Of a DNA stretch of 63,061 nt, positions 9,538 to 23,328 are shown piece by piece. The notes beneath the pieces are model-generated. The model saw nothing but the letters and a program-made list of their open reading frames with translations. It had not been told where the DNA came from and searched no databases. Location of the stretch: positions 1 to 63,061 of the forward strand of contig JASLFJ010000029.1 in assembly GCA_030150665.1 (NCBI GenBank), in the 5' to 3' direction. Every line of letters begins with the position of its first letter. The stretch's first letter is position 1. The DNA is from Enterococcaceae bacterium (GTDB lineage Bacteria > Bacillota > Bacilli > Lactobacillales > Catellicoccaceae). A program made the position numbers and the translations under genes.

Positions 9538-10302
9538 TTAATCTTTACTTTGCATCTTCTGAGTATCTTGATCCATTTTTTTTAAAAATTGCTTACCTTT
9601 CACAAAAACACCGACATATTCATCATAAATTTGATCGATCACTGATCTTACTAATCGTTTCGTCTGATCTTTAAGTTGGATTTCACCTAAATCATCTAAG
9701 GAAAGACAAGCTAACTGTCTCATTAAATAAATAGCATTAGGATGAGCGTGATAACGATGAGATACTTTAGAAAAATCTTGAAGGCACACGAGTCCAGAAC
9801 ATTCTGAACTAAAATCAAAAATCCCTGATCTTTGTGCACAAAATCGACACTGCTGCCAATCAAAACAAATCCCAAAATAAGGCAACAATCTTAACTCAAA
9901 TAAAAAACTTAACGCTTCAGGATCTGCTCCTCCTAGAACCCGTGTTCTTAACTCAGAAAATAAAAGGTACATCTCTTGACTTGGCTGACCTTCATCTAAT
10001 GCTGCATTTAATAATTGCGCCCAATATGTCATATACGCATAAGCTAAATAATCATGATAAAGCTCCATTGGTAATTCTATTTCTTTTAAATTATTTAAAT
10101 AAGATAAGCGATTATGATTTATTTTTCCTAAAAACACTCCTTTTGCAAAAGGATGCTTTACGGAAGATAACGCATGACTTGGCATTTGTGCACCTCTAGC
10201 TAAAAACATAATAGGTCCATATTCTTCAGTAAATAACTTCACTAATAAATCTTTTTCCCGATATTTTTTTATATAAATTACAATCCCATGAACACATTCC
10301 AT
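9538..10302 (-). CDS. recO: DNA repair protein RecO
   Basis: GIVIYIKKYREKDLLVKLFTEEYG (OB-fold N-terminus), a zinc-finger-like C..C..C region, and a position downstream of era. Confidence 0.85.
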   Translation of the reverse strand: MECVHGIVIYIKKYREKDLLVKLFTEEYGPIMFLARGAQMPSHALSSVKHPFAKGVFLGKINHNRLSYLNNLKEIELPMELYHDYLAYAYMTYWAQLLNAALDEGQPSQEMYLLFSELRTRVLGGADPEALSFLFELRLLPYFGICFDWQQCRFCAQRSGIFDFSSECSGLVCLQDFSKVSHRYHAHPNAIYLMRQLACLSLDDLGEIQLKDQTKRLVRSVIDQIYDEYVGVFVKGKQFLKKMDQDTQKMQSKD

Positions 10303-10350
10303 GAAGACACATCCTTAATATGAAATAGGAAAAGACTATTAGCATCATGC

Positions 10351-11262
10351 TTAATAGTCTTTTAATCGATATCCATAATCTGATAAATACGTTTGTTTAT
10401 CTCGCCAATTTTTTTGTACTTTCACCCATAATTCTAAAAATACTTTATCTCCTAACAGATGTTCAATATCTTTTCTTGCTTCTGTCCCAATTTTTTTCAA
10501 CATGCTTCCTTGTTTCCCAATGATGATTCCTTTTTGACTATCTCGCTCTACAATAATAGTAGCTTGTACATGAACTTTATCTTCATCAGTACGTTTAATC
10601 CCATCAACAACAACAGCCACCGAATGAGGAACTTCATCTCGTGTGAGTCGTAATACTTTTTCACGAATAAGTTCTGAAACAATAAAGTATTCTGGATGAT
10701 CAGTGACTTGATCTTCAGGATAATATTGTGGTCCTTCTGGCATCTCCTGAATTAAATGATCCAATAAACGCTCTACATTATTTCCTTCTGTTGCTGAGAT
10801 AGGAAATACTTCTGCAAATGAAAATACTGATTGATAGTCTTCAATAATCGGTAATAAAGCATCTGGATGAATCTTATCAATTTTATTAATCACTAAATAA
10901 ACAGGTGCTTGAGCATGACGCAGACGCTCAATAATAAAATCATCCCCACGTCCTCTTGGCTCATCAGCACTGACTAAAAATAAAATTGCATCTACCTCTC
11001 TTAATGCACTATAAGCAGCCTCAACCATATAATTACCTAAAGAATGCTTCGGCTTATGAATCCCTGGAGTATCAATAAATACAATTTGGGCCTCATCAGT
11101 AGTATAAATGCCTTGAATTTTATTTCGTGTTGTTTGTGCTTTATCACTCATAATTGCAATTTTTTGTCGCACAATACGATTTAATAGCGTCGATTTACCA
11201 ACATTCGGCCGACCAACTAATGCTACAAATCCTGAACGATACGTCTCTTTTTGATTCATCAT
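10351..11262 (-). CDS. era: GTPase Era
   Basis: G1 [10 protein letters not shown]3 DTPG, G4 NKID and the C-terminal KH domain ([19 protein letters not shown]). Confidence 0.95.
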   Translation of the reverse strand: MMNQKETYRSGFVALVGRPNVGKSTLLNRIVRQKIAIMSDKAQTTRNKIQGIYTTDEAQIVFIDTPGIHKPKHSLGNYMVEAAYSALREVDAILFLVSADEPRGRGDDFIIERLRHAQAPVYLVINKIDKIHPDALLPIIEDYQSVFSFAEVFPISATEGNNVERLLDHLIQEMPEGPQYYPEDQVTDHPEYFIVSELIREKVLRLTRDEVPHSVAVVVDGIKRTDEDKVHVQATIIVERDSQKGIIIGKQGSMLKKIGTEARKDIEHLLGDKVFLELWVKVQKNWRDKQTYLSDYGYRLKDY

Positions 11263-11281
11263 ACACGCTCCTTTACCTTTT

Positions 11282-11686
11282 TTAATGTAGTAGATGAGAA
11301 ATAAAAATAATCAGTACAAGTATCAGTGCTACGAATGCATTGAATAATACAAAGCCTGCACTAATATCTTTAACCTTTTTGGCGATTGGATGATAAGTAC
11401 AGTCGGTAATTAAATCTACAAGATGTTCAAAAACCGTATTGACCAATTCTAAAGTGATTACCCAAGCAATTAAATAAATAATCACAATCCATTCCCATAA
11501 AGATATATTCAAAATATAAGCAGTAATTAGGGCTAAAATACCTAATCCTGCTTGAATTTTTAAATTGCGTTCTTCTTTAAAGGCCGTTTTCAGCCCTGAA
11601 ATCGCATGATAAAAAGCTTGCCAAACGTGTCGGTTTTTACTCGTCTGATGCGAATCTAGAGAGTCCGAAGGCTTCCAAGATTTCAT
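11282..11686 (-). CDS. dgkA: Diacylglycerol/undecaprenol kinase DgkA
   Basis: Small 3-TM protein with [17 protein letters not shown] and NT..E..VD motifs. The start is ambiguous (ATG 11686, TTG 11698 or ATG 11734), and every option overlaps the ybeY 3' end. Confidence 0.75.
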   Translation of the reverse strand: MKSWKPSDSLDSHQTSKNRHVWQAFYHAISGLKTAFKEERNLKIQAGLGILALITAYILNISLWEWIVIIYLIAWVITLELVNTVFEHLVDLITDCTYHPIAKKVKDISAGFVLFNAFVALILVLIIFISHLLH

Positions 11687-12131
11687 GTTGTAATCCAAAC
11701 ATCTCCTTTTCTTCTTCTGGTGTTTGATGATCATAACCTAATAAGTGAAGAAAACCATGTACAACTAAAAATCCTAATTCTCGTTCGAAAGAATGACCAT
11801 ACCGCTTTGCTTGCTCTTGAACACGATCTATAGAAATTAAAATATCTCCTAAAATTCTCGGTTCATCAACAACATGCCAGTCAATGACATCATAAACATC
11901 ATGTTCAATATCTTCCATCGCAAAACTAATCACATCAGTTGCTCGGTCAATATTTCTATACTGCTGATTATATTTTTGAATGGAATCATCAGACATAAAT
12001 GTCACTGAAAGCTCAACAGATTCTTCTAAACCCACATGCTCTGCAGCAACAGCTAATAATGCTTCTAAAGTGAGCAATCGCTTTTCTGAAATTTCTGGTT
12101 GATATTCTTGATACCAATTAACAACAATCAT
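11637..12131 (-). CDS. ybeY: Endoribonuclease YbeY (rRNA maturation)
   Basis: HGFLHLLGYDH zinc-binding motif. Confidence 0.92.
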   Translation of the reverse strand: MIVVNWYQEYQPEISEKRLLTLEALLAVAAEHVGLEESVELSVTFMSDDSIQKYNQQYRNIDRATDVISFAMEDIEHDVYDVIDWHVVDEPRILGDILISIDRVQEQAKRYGHSFERELGFLVVHGFLHLLGYDHQTPEEEKEMFGLQHEILEAFGLSRFASDE

Positions 12132-14329
12132 CGGTCTTTCCTTTCTTGTGCTTTTTTCATCTCTTCTGCTTCTTCTTTCATTTTCGGATACTTAATTCTA
12201 GAATGAAACGTACTACATAAACCATTAATAATAGACGCTTCTACTTTACGAATTTCATTAAGCGTAAGTCCTGAGTCATCTAATTGTCCATCTTCAATTC
12301 GATTTTTCACTAAATTTTTTACAAAAGCTTCAATCTTTTCATTTGTAGGATGATCCATCGCACGCACTGCAGCTTCTGCACTATCTGCAATACTAACAAC
12401 TGCAGCTTCTCTTGTTTGAGGAATTGGACCTGGATATCTAAATTCATCTTGTGTCACCGTATCATCTTGTTCTTTAGCTTTTACATAAAAATATTTCATC
12501 AATGTCGTTCCATGATGTTGCTGACAAATATCAATCACAAGCTGGGGCATCTGTTCTTCTTTTAAGATTTTAACGCCTTCTGTGACATGATCAAAAATAA
12601 TTTCTTTACTATCTTTTGGTAGTAAAAAATTATGAGGATTTTCAGCTCCTGCTGGTAAATTTTCTACAAAAAAGTTCGCATGTTTAATTTTACCAATATC
12701 ATGATAATAACAAGCTACCCGTGTTAAAAGCGTTCTCCCCCCAATTTCTGCCACCGCATTAGCACTTAAATTAGCAACCATCATACTATGATGATACGTA
12801 CCTGGAGCTTCTGTTAATAATTGCTTCAGTAACGGATGATTGGGATTGCTCAATTCATTCAGTACAATTAAACTATCATCATTTAAAAGCAGTTCAATAT
12901 AAGGATGTAACCCAATGGAAAGTAAAAAAGAAAGTAAACTTCCAGCAAGTGCACAAATAAAAATCAGCCATGTTTTAATATCTGTAAACTGTAATCCTTG
13001 AAGTGTTACTAAAACAATCGAAAAACTAAAGGGAAATAAGACAAGCCAAACAAGGCCTTTTTTCAACTGATTACCAATTCTTTCTTGTCGCAACATCGTC
13101 GCAAAAACCCCAGTGAAAATATAGTAAATACTGACCATCAGTAAAGAACTGCTACCTAAAAGATCATTAAAAATAAAAAACATATAGGCTACTTGAAAAA
13201 TGGCTGCCGTAACCCCTAACCTTCTTGAGATAAAAATCGTTAAGACTAAAGGGGTAAAGGCTGCTGGAAACAAATACATAACATAAGATAACGACTCATT
13301 TTGAAAGGTATGTAAAAATTTAATCATTAAAATATTAATTAAAAAAAGTAAGGCATAAAACGTAATATAAATCGTCTGTTTATCTTCATGTTCTACTTCA
13401 AACTGTTTTCCTAAATAAAGAAGTACAGCTGCTTGAAATAAAATTAACAACACTAAAGAAACAATAGGAAAAATAGAGGTCGTTTCATTCATCATACCTA
13501 GTAATGTTAATTTTTGAATCGCTTTTTGATCAATTTGCACTCCTTCTTGAACAATCACTTCTCCTTGATAAATCATACTCGGAGCGACACTATCTCGTGC
13601 GGCTTTTTTTAGATCTTCTGTTTTTTTCTCATTAAATCCTTCATTAACAACAATAGCTCTTGTTAATAAATCTGTAATCACACTTTTTTCTTTTTCAGAA
13701 ATCGTCATGCGATCTACATCAATAACCGCCTGTTTTCTTGCATCTTCTAAATTAGAAGTCCGAATATGTTGTGACATAATACGATCTAAACTATTTTTTG
13801 TAATCGTTAATGCATGTGATCGTTCTTCATCAGATAAAGAAAAAATCGTTTCATAAAAATGCGGTGGTAAGCTTTGATAAAATAAAATATCATGTTGATT
13901 TAGCTTTTCAAATTCTTGCTTTAACGCAGCAATTTCTTCTTCAATGGTCGGTTTTGAAATAATCTCACCCGAATTATGTTGCACTTTTTCTTGATAACTT
14001 TCTTGAGCCTTTTGTTTAATTTTAGAAACTAATTTAAATAATTGCTCAACCGTTGCGATTTGTTCTTCTTTTTTTTGTTCATCAAAGGTTGAAGCTGGTA
14101 TCACCGCTTCTTCAGCAAGTTGTCTTTTGTCTTCTGTCTCTTCTGTATTTTCAATGGTTTTATTCGCACGAATCGTTTCTTCAGCTAACTGACCTTCAAC
14201 AATATTCATCTTCTTGGGTCTGACGTTATTGTAAACTAAGGCAAAAAGAAGTAAAGAAAATACTGCTAACACAATATAAACATAGCGCTTTCCCATATTG
14301 TGCTTAATTTCTTGCACACTCCACTTCAT
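12128..14329 (-). CDS. pgpH: 7TM-receptor HD-domain phosphohydrolase (PgpH/YqfF family, cyclic-di-AMP phosphodiesterase-like)
   Basis: Extracellular N-terminal domain, a 7-TM block and an HD domain (HSMMVANL...YYHDIGK). It sits between phoH and ybeY, as in Bacilli. Confidence 0.85.
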   Translation of the reverse strand: MKWSVQEIKHNMGKRYVYIVLAVFSLLLFALVYNNVRPKKMNIVEGQLAEETIRANKTIENTEETEDKRQLAEEAVIPASTFDEQKKEEQIATVEQLFKLVSKIKQKAQESYQEKVQHNSGEIISKPTIEEEIAALKQEFEKLNQHDILFYQSLPPHFYETIFSLSDEERSHALTITKNSLDRIMSQHIRTSNLEDARKQAVIDVDRMTISEKEKSVITDLLTRAIVVNEGFNEKKTEDLKKAARDSVAPSMIYQGEVIVQEGVQIDQKAIQKLTLLGMMNETTSIFPIVSLVLLILFQAAVLLYLGKQFEVEHEDKQTIYITFYALLFLINILMIKFLHTFQNESLSYVMYLFPAAFTPLVLTIFISRRLGVTAAIFQVAYMFFIFNDLLGSSSLLMVSIYYIFTGVFATMLRQERIGNQLKKGLVWLVLFPFSFSIVLVTLQGLQFTDIKTWLIFICALAGSLLSFLLSIGLHPYIELLLNDDSLIVLNELSNPNHPLLKQLLTEAPGTYHHSMMVANLSANAVAEIGGRTLLTRVACYYHDIGKIKHANFFVENLPAGAENPHNFLLPKDSKEIIFDHVTEGVKILKEEQMPQLVIDICQQHHGTTLMKYFYVKAKEQDDTVTQDEFRYPGPIPQTREAAVVSIADSAEAAVRAMDHPTNEKIEAFVKNLVKNRIEDGQLDDSGLTLNEIRKVEASIINGLCSTFHSRIKYPKMKEEAEEMKKAQERKDR

Positions 14330-14380
14330 ATGCTAATCTCCTTTTATGTATCCATAATTATGATTAACGTAGTCATCATC

Positions 14381-15349
14381 TTATGCATTAAACTGCTGAT
14401 ATGCTTGAATAATTTGGGCAACTACAGGATGTCGCACCACATCATCTGAAGAAAACGTAATAAATTGAATCTCTGGAATATCTTTTAACACACGCTCAGC
14501 ATGGATTAATCCACTAGTAACTCCTTTAGGTAAATCAACTTGTGAAGGATCTCCATTAATAATCATTTTAGACTGTGTGCCAAGACGTGTTAAAAACATC
14601 TTCATCTGAGCTACTGTCGTATTTTGCGCCTCATCTAAAATCACAAAGGCTTCATCTAGTGTTCTTCCACGCATATAAGCAAGCGGTGCTATTTCAATCA
14701 CCCCTCGATCCATCAATCGTGTCGTCTGTTCTAGCCCTAAAATGCGATTTAACGCATCATACATTGGTCTTAAATAAGGATCTACTTTTTCTTTTAAATC
14801 ACCTGGTAAAAACCCTAAATTTTCTCCAGCTTCAACAGCAGGACGTGTAATAATAATTTTGCTTACTTTTCCTTGTTTTAACGCAAGCACAGCCATTGCA
14901 ATCGCTAAAAATGTTTTTCCAGTTCCTGCAGGACCGACTCCAAAAACAACATCTCGACGATAAATAGCATCCACATATTTTTTTTGACTAAATGTTCGTG
15001 GTCGAATAGACCTGCCTTGTTTATCCGTTAACAATTCTGTATGGTATAAATCTAAAAATTGATGTAGTGTTCCATTTTTTGCCATATGAATGGCTGTTAA
15101 AACATCTCCATACTCTATATTCATCCCTCGAGATATTAATTTTTGTAGTTCAGAAAGAATATCAACTGCCAAACAAGCATGATCATCAGATAATGCTTTA
15201 ATATAAATCATCTCACCTCGATGTGTGATTGTAACATCTAATTGAGATTCTAAAAGTTTAAAATATTGATCATGCGTTCCTACAAGCTGTTGTAACATGC
15301 CTGGATCAGACACTTGTACAACACGTTGATGTTCATTGATTTCGTTCAA
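14381..15349 (-). CDS. phoH: PhoH-like ATPase
   Basis: Walker A GPAGTGKT, Walker B ILDEAQN and a PhoH-type C-terminus. Confidence 0.9.
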   Translation of the reverse strand: MNEINEHQRVVQVSDPGMLQQLVGTHDQYFKLLESQLDVTITHRGEMIYIKALSDDHACLAVDILSELQKLISRGMNIEYGDVLTAIHMAKNGTLHQFLDLYHTELLTDKQGRSIRPRTFSQKKYVDAIYRRDVVFGVGPAGTGKTFLAIAMAVLALKQGKVSKIIITRPAVEAGENLGFLPGDLKEKVDPYLRPMYDALNRILGLEQTTRLMDRGVIEIAPLAYMRGRTLDEAFVILDEAQNTTVAQMKMFLTRLGTQSKMIINGDPSQVDLPKGVTSGLIHAERVLKDIPEIQFITFSSDDVVRHPVVAQIIQAYQQFNA

Positions 15350-15410
15350 AAAAAAGCCTCCTTCATTTCATTCCTAACTACCCTATCATAGCATATTTTC
15401 AGCTAAAGAT

Positions 15411-16307
15411 CTATGTAGGAGATAGTGCACTCAGTGCATTAGAAAGTGCTGCAAACTCTTGAATCGACAGCTGCTCAGCACGAACACTTGGTAAGATATC
15501 TGCCTCATTTAATGCTGTTTTAAGCCATTTTTGAATTTGCTCATCTTTACCAAATAATGCTAATAAGTTATTCCAAAGTGTTTTTCTTCTTTGTTGAAAC
15601 GCACCACGTACTAATTTAAAAAATAGCGATTCATCAGTCACTTCAACAAGTGGCTCTGCTCTTTTTTGACATACTAAAATCGCTGAGTCCACATTAGGTT
15701 TTGGAATAAAGACGGTACTTGGCACGGTAAAGGCAATGGATGCTTCCATATAGTATTGAATCGCAACCGATAACGAGCCATATGCTTTTGTTCCAGGCCC
15801 TGCCTGAATACGCTCTGCTACTTCTTTTTGCATCATCATTACATAACGGTCAATCGGTGCTTTTGTTTCGATAAGATGCATTAAAATCGGTGTAGTAATA
15901 TAATACGGTAAATTCGCAACGACATGAACAGGCAGCGTAGAATCTGTAAAGTAGGTCTGAATATCTGAGGCGATATCTGCTTTTAAAATATCTTTACCGA
16001 TGACGGTCACCTGATCATAATCAGCTAATGTTTGATTTAAAATCGGCAGTAACTGCTGATCAATTTCATAAGCAAGCACTTCATTAGCACTACGTGCTAA
16101 TTGCTCTGTAAGCGCCCCAAATCCAGGCCCGATTTCAATGACATTTGTCTTTTGATCCAGCTCTGCAACTTCAATAATTCTCTCTAAAATATTTAAATCC
16201 GTTAAAAAGTTTTGCCCATATTTTTTCTTTAACACAAATTGATGTTCCTTTAATAATTTTTGTGTATAACTCGGTGTTCCAATCTGTTCCTTTTTTGATG
16301 ATGTCAT
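15411..16307 (-). CDS. rsmA: 16S rRNA (adenine1518/1519-N6)-dimethyltransferase
   Basis: KKKYGQNFL, IEIGPGFGALT and NLPYYITTPI motifs. Confidence 0.93.
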   Translation of the reverse strand: MTSSKKEQIGTPSYTQKLLKEHQFVLKKKYGQNFLTDLNILERIIEVAELDQKTNVIEIGPGFGALTEQLARSANEVLAYEIDQQLLPILNQTLADYDQVTVIGKDILKADIASDIQTYFTDSTLPVHVVANLPYYITTPILMHLIETKAPIDRYVMMMQKEVAERIQAGPGTKAYGSLSVAIQYYMEASIAFTVPSTVFIPKPNVDSAILVCQKRAEPLVEVTDESLFFKLVRGAFQQRRKTLWNNLLALFGKDEQIQKWLKTALNEADILPSVRAEQLSIQEFAALSNALSALSPT

Positions 16308-16867
16308 AATAACGCCTCCATTTGTTCATAAGCCTGAAAAAATTCTTCTTCTGTAATGCCAAACATAACGAGTTTCTTTTGAAACTGCTTACTATTCCCA
16401 TAACCAATATGTAGTAAGTCCCCTAAAATTTCTCTTCGTTTTTGTGCCATAGCGCCTGATGATAAGCCTAATTGAAGCCACTTACCCGGAGAAAAACAAA
16501 TCCCTTGATACTGGTTATCTGGTATATTACGAATATGTGCTAAAGCAGCAGATAATGCTTCATAAGAAGCATGTTCTACCCCTAAACTATCGCTTGGATG
16601 ATTTGACTTTGCCTGAGCTCTTGATAAAAAAGCATGTCCTACTTCAGGAACATACTGAGTGACTGTTTGTCTAATTTTTTCTCCTGAAAAGTCAGGATCT
16701 GTAAATACGACCACAGGTCTTATTTGAACTAAGCGCTGAATAGCGTTTAAAGTCTGTTTAGAAATTTCTGAACCGTTCGTTTCAATCGTATCTACATGAT
16801 AAAATTGCTGAAGACGCTGCGTATCACTTTTTCCTTCAACAACAAGTACACAATCTAAGCTAATCAT
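16304..16867 (-). CDS. rnmV: Ribonuclease M5 (Toprim domain)
   Basis: VVEGKSD...TNG...FTDPDFSGEKIR Toprim pattern, in the conserved tatD-rnmV-ksgA gene order. Confidence 0.88.
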   Translation of the reverse strand: MISLDCVLVVEGKSDTQRLQQFYHVDTIETNGSEISKQTLNAIQRLVQIRPVVVFTDPDFSGEKIRQTVTQYVPEVGHAFLSRAQAKSNHPSDSLGVEHASYEALSAALAHIRNIPDNQYQGICFSPGKWLQLGLSSGAMAQKRREILGDLLHIGYGNSKQFQKKLVMFGITEEEFFQAYEQMEALL

Positions 16868-17634
16868 ACATCAATTCCAAACAGCTGACAGGCATTATCC
16901 ATCGTTTGCTTAGCAATCATATCTACAGGACAATTTTTAAGCTTTGCAAGCATCTCAGCAACATAGACGACATAACTTGGCTCATTACGTTTTCCACGAA
17001 AAGGAACAGGGGCTAAATAAGGCGCATCCGTTTCAATAAGTACTTTATCAAAAGGAACATAAGTTGCTGCTTCTTGGACATCTGTTGCTTTTTTAAAGGT
17101 AACTACACCACTAAAAGAAATATGCATGCCTAAATCTAAAAAACGCTCCATCCAATAACGATCTCCACTAAAACTGTGCATAATCCCACCGACATCTTCA
17201 ATATGTGCTGATTTTAAAATACGATACGTATCTTCCAGTGCCTCTCTTGTATGAATACTTACCGGCAACTGAACATGTTTAGCGAGCTCAATTTGTTCTA
17301 AAAAGACGCGTTCTTGTACTTTAGGATCATCATTCATCCAGTAATAATCCAAACCAATTTCACCTAATCCGACAACCTGAGGATGCTTTAGTTGCTCTTC
17401 TAACCAGTAAGCGATTTGTGATGTATAAGATCCTGCCTCTGTCGGATGCCAACCGATAATACTATAAAGTCCTTCATAAGTTTCACTTAAGGATAAGCTT
17501 TGTTGAATTGTTGGCGTGTCAAAACCAACAATCGCCATTTTAGTCACTTGAGCTTCTTGAGCACGCATGAGCACTTCTTCTACATCCTTAGAAAAAGCAT
17601 CGACATTTAAATGCGTATGTGTATCAAAATACAT
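16864..17634 (-). CDS. tatD: TatD-family metal-dependent DNase/hydrolase (YabD)
   Basis: FDTHTHL, GEIGLDY, HTREA and ETDAPYL motifs. Confidence 0.9.
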   Translation of the reverse strand: MYFDTHTHLNVDAFSKDVEEVLMRAQEAQVTKMAIVGFDTPTIQQSLSLSETYEGLYSIIGWHPTEAGSYTSQIAYWLEEQLKHPQVVGLGEIGLDYYWMNDDPKVQERVFLEQIELAKHVQLPVSIHTREALEDTYRILKSAHIEDVGGIMHSFSGDRYWMERFLDLGMHISFSGVVTFKKATDVQEAATYVPFDKVLIETDAPYLAPVPFRGKRNEPSYVVYVAEMLAKLKNCPVDMIAKQTMDNACQLFGIDV

Positions 17635-17651
17635 AATCCTTCCTCCTTTTG

Positions 17652-17684
17652 AAAAAAACGATTGAGTTTTTCAACTCAACCGTT
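17652..17684 (-). terminator. Rho-independent terminator after metG
   Basis: The minus strand reads AACGGTTGAGTT-GAAAA-ACTCAATCGTT followed by TTTTTTTC, directly after the metG stop codon. Confidence 0.7.
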
Positions 17685-19709
<2,025 letters not shown>

Positions 19710-19792
19710 TTATTAAGCTACATCGCTTCTGACGTTACATCGATATCTTCTCTAGTATATCATATTTTAACTTTTTCTTAAGGCTATTTTCC

Positions 19793-19838
19793 AAAAAAAA
19801 AATACTTAGATTATCTAGCTGGGCTAGACAATCTAAGT
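19793..19838 (-). terminator. Rho-independent terminator after tuf
   Basis: 16-bp stem (ACTTAGATTGTCTAGC/GCTAGATAATCTAAGT, one mismatch) followed by a U-run of about 10 on the minus strand. Confidence 0.85.
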
Positions 19839-19851
19839 AAGAAAGAATTAA

Positions 19852-21039
19852 TTATTTTACGATTTCAGTAACAACGCCTGATCCAACAGTACGTCCACCT
19901 TCACGAATTGAGAAACGAGTTCCGTCTTCAATCGCAATTGGGTGAATTAATTCAACTTCCATTGCTACGTTATCGCCAGGCATTACCATTTCAGTTCCTT
20001 CTGGTAATTCTACAACACCGGTAACATCAGTTGTACGGAAGTAAAATTGTGGACGGTAGTTAGAGAAGAATGGTGTATGACGTCCACCTTCATCTTTTGA
20101 TAATACATAAACTTCAGCTTTGAAACGAGTATGTGGTGTAATTGAACCTGGTTTAGCTAATACTTGTCCACGCTCAATATCTTCACGTGCAATACCACGT
20201 AATAATGCACCAATGTTATCTCCAGCTTCAGCGTAATCTAATAATTTACGGAACATTTCAACACCAGTAACTGTTGTTTTTTCGATTTCAGGTTTGATAC
20301 CAACGATATCAACTTCATCCCCAACACGAACTTGTCCACGCTCAACACGTCCTGTTGCAACAGTTCCACGTCCTGTAATAGAGAATACATCCTCAACAGG
20401 CATCATGAATGGACGATCATTGTCACGTTCTGGAGTTGGAATGTACTCATCAACTGCAGCCATTAATTCTAAGATTTTTTCTTCATAAGCAGCATCGCCT
20501 TCTAAAGCTTTTAATGCAGATCCAGCGATAATTGGTGTATCATCACCTGGGAAGTCATATTCAGTTAATAAGTCACGAACTTCCATTTCTACTAATTCTA
20601 ATAATTCTTCGTCATCAACCATATCAACTTTGTTTAAGAATACAACGATGTATGGAACACCAACGTTACGTGATAATAAGATATGCTCACGAGTTTGTGG
20701 CATTGGACCATCAGCAGCAGATACTACTAAGATAGCTCCATCCATTTGAGCTGCTCCAGTGATCATGTTTTTAACGTAGTCCGCGTGTCCTGGGCAGTCA
20801 ACGTGTGCGTAGTGACGTACATCTGTTTCATACTCAATGTGTGAAGTATTGATTGTAATTCCACGCTCTTTTTCTTCAGGTGCGTTATCGATTTCTGCAT
20901 AACTTGCAGCTTCTCCGCCACCATGTTTTGATAATACAGTTGCAATCGCAGCTGTTAATGTAGTTTTACCATGGTCAACGTGTCCGATAGTACCAATATT
21001 TACATGGGGTTTAGAACGATCAAATTTTTCTTTTGCCAT
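19852..21039 (-). CDS. tuf: Elongation factor Tu
   Basis: Full-length EF-Tu ([19 protein letters not shown]). Confidence 0.99.
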   Translation of the reverse strand: MAKEKFDRSKPHVNIGTIGHVDHGKTTLTAAIATVLSKHGGGEAASYAEIDNAPEEKERGITINTSHIEYETDVRHYAHVDCPGHADYVKNMITGAAQMDGAILVVSAADGPMPQTREHILLSRNVGVPYIVVFLNKVDMVDDEELLELVEMEVRDLLTEYDFPGDDTPIIAGSALKALEGDAAYEEKILELMAAVDEYIPTPERDNDRPFMMPVEDVFSITGRGTVATGRVERGQVRVGDEVDIVGIKPEIEKTTVTGVEMFRKLLDYAEAGDNIGALLRGIAREDIERGQVLAKPGSITPHTRFKAEVYVLSKDEGGRHTPFFSNYRPQFYFRTTDVTGVVELPEGTEMVMPGDNVAMEVELIHPIAIEDGTRFSIREGGRTVGSGVVTEIVK

Positions 21040-21113
21040 TTTAAGATAGCCTCCTAATAATTTATATTTTATAGAGAGAGCTTACAGATGCACGCATCTA
21101 TAAACTCAATCAT

Positions 21114-21142
21114 TAATTATCATTTTACATGATTTTTGTCAA
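21114..21142 (-). promoter_or_regulatory. Possible internal promoter for tuf
   Basis: The minus strand reads TTGACA, a 17-nt spacer and TAATTA in the fusA-tuf spacer. Confidence 0.3.
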
Positions 21143-21157
21143 AAAATACAGACTTAA

Positions 21158-23242
21158 TTATTCAGATTTACCACCATTTTTTTTGATGATTTCTTCTTGA
21201 ATAGATTTCGGTACATCTTCATAATGATCAAATGTCATCATAAATGTTCCGCGTCCTTGTGTAGAAGAACGTAATGTTGTTGCATAACCAAACATTTCAG
21301 ATAATGGAACAATCGCATTCACAATTTGTGAATTTCCTTTAGCTTCCATACCTTCAACACGTCCACGACGTGCTGTAACATGTCCCATAACATCTCCTAA
21401 ATATTCTTCAGGAACAGTCACAACAACTTTCATCATAGGCTCTAAAATTACAGGATTTGCTTTTTTAGCAGCTTCACGAAGTGCCATAGATGCAGCAACA
21501 CGGAATGCTGTCTCACTTGAGTCAACATCATGATATGATCCATCATAAAGTTTTGCTTTAATATCTACTAATGGATAGCCAGCTAAAACTCCGTTTAACA
21601 TAGCATCTTCTAATCCTTTTTCTACCGCTGGAATGTATTCACGAGGAACAACCCCACCGACAATCGCATTTTCAAATTCAAAGCCTTTTCCTTCTTCATT
21701 TGGTGTAAATTCAATCCAAACGTGTCCGTACTGACCTTTACCACCGGATTGACGTACAAATTTACCTTCTGCTTGAGTTGCATTGCGGAATGTTTCACGG
21801 TAAGACACTTGAGGTGCCCCAACGTTTGCATCTACTTTAAACTCACGGCGCATACGGTCAACTAAAACGTCTAAGTGAAGCTCACCCATTCCGGCAATAA
21901 CCGTTTCACCTGTTTCTGCATTTGTTTCAACACGGAATGATGGATCTTCTTCAGCAAGTTTTTGTAATGCAATTCCCATTTTATCTTGGTCAGCTTTAGA
22001 TTTAGGCTCTACCGCAACCTCAATAACTGGCTCTGGGAATTCAATAGATTCTAAGATAACAGGTGCTTTTTCATCACATAATGTATCCCCTGTTGTTGTA
22101 TCTTTAAGACCTACTGCTGCAGCGATATCTCCGGCATATACATTTTGAATTTCTTCACGTGTATTCGCATGCATCTGTAAAATACGTCCAATACGTTCAC
22201 GTTTGCCTTTAGAAGCATTTAAAACGTAAGATCCTGAATCTAAAATTCCAGAATACACACGGAAGAATGTTAAACGTCCAACAAATGGATCGGTCATTAC
22301 TTTAAATGCAAGTGATGCAAATGGCTCATCATCAGAAGATGGACGCTCCGTTTCTTCACCTGTTTTTGGATTTACCCCTTTAATTGGTGGGATATCTGTT
22401 GGTGCTGGTAAGTAGTCAATTACCGCATCAAGTAATAACTGAACCCCTTTATTTTTAAAGGCTGTTCCGCACATTACTGGGAAAAACTCTACAGATAATG
22501 TTGCTGTACGAATTGCTGATTTTAATTCTTCTTCAGAGATTTCTTCTCCGTCTAAGAATTTCATCATCAATTCTTCATCCATATCTGCAACAGCTTCAAT
22601 TAACTTTTCACGGTATTCTTCAGCTTGTTCACGGTACTCTTCAGGAATTTCAGTTTCTTGAATTTCTGTTCCTAAATCGTTTGTGTAAATTTCAGCTTTC
22701 ATTTTAACTAAGTCAATGATTCCAGTGAAATCATCTTCTGCACCAATTGGAAGTTGAATTGGATGTGCATTTGCTTGTAAACGATCATGAAGTGTTGATA
22801 CAGAATATAAGAAATCCGCACCAATTTTATCCATTTTGTTACAAAATACAATACGGGGTACTCGATAATCTGTCGCTTGACGCCAAACTGTTTCTGTTTG
22901 TGGCTCTACCCCAGATTGTGAGTCTAATACCGTTACCGCACCATCTAATACACGTAGTGAACGTTGTACTTCAATAGTAAAATCCACGTGTCCAGGGGTA
23001 TCAATGATATTGACACGATTCCCTTTCCACTGTGCAGTCGTTGCGGCAGATGTAATTGTAATTCCACGCTCTTGTTCTTGTTCCATCCAGTCCATTTGAG
23101 AAGCTCCTTCATGAGTTTCTCCAATTTTATGGATTTTACCTGTATAGTACAAGATACGCTCTGTTGTTGTTGTTTTTCCGGCATCAACGTGAGCCATGAT
23201 TCCTATATTTCTCGTTTTTTCTAACGAAAATTCTCTTGCCAT
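21158..23242 (-). CDS. fusA: Elongation factor G
   Basis: [25 protein letters not shown]. The start is placed at ATG 23242 behind GAGAGGAG, because the 16-codon extension in the ORF track is not EF-G-like. Confidence 0.98.
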   Translation of the reverse strand: MAREFSLEKTRNIGIMAHVDAGKTTTTERILYYTGKIHKIGETHEGASQMDWMEQEQERGITITSAATTAQWKGNRVNIIDTPGHVDFTIEVQRSLRVLDGAVTVLDSQSGVEPQTETVWRQATDYRVPRIVFCNKMDKIGADFLYSVSTLHDRLQANAHPIQLPIGAEDDFTGIIDLVKMKAEIYTNDLGTEIQETEIPEEYREQAEEYREKLIEAVADMDEELMMKFLDGEEISEEELKSAIRTATLSVEFFPVMCGTAFKNKGVQLLLDAVIDYLPAPTDIPPIKGVNPKTGEETERPSSDDEPFASLAFKVMTDPFVGRLTFFRVYSGILDSGSYVLNASKGKRERIGRILQMHANTREEIQNVYAGDIAAAVGLKDTTTGDTLCDEKAPVILESIEFPEPVIEVAVEPKSKADQDKMGIALQKLAEEDPSFRVETNAETGETVIAGMGELHLDVLVDRMRREFKVDANVGAPQVSYRETFRNATQAEGKFVRQSGGKGQYGHVWIEFTPNEEGKGFEFENAIVGGVVPREYIPAVEKGLEDAMLNGVLAGYPLVDIKAKLYDGSYHDVDSSETAFRVAASMALREAAKKANPVILEPMMKVVVTVPEEYLGDVMGHVTARRGRVEGMEAKGNSQIVNAIVPLSEMFGYATTLRSSTQGRGTFMMTFDHYEDVPKSIQEEIIKKNGGKSE

Positions 23243-23328
23243 GTGTGCACTCCTCTCTATTTTCCACACGCATACAGCCTCGATGATCAATCACATCGAG
23301 TTAAGCTGCATCTCTTACGAGACTTAAA

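Noticed and set aside
20294-23224. Numerous 60-86-aa ORFs in the track on either strand inside tuf and fusA (for example 20294-20488, 20532-20735, 20763-20945, 21622-21831, 22498-22707, 22747-22977, 22945-23187, 22964-23224)
   Set aside because: They lie wholly inside highly conserved EF-Tu and EF-G coding sequence in other frames. They have low-complexity translations and no SD. They are shadow ORFs.
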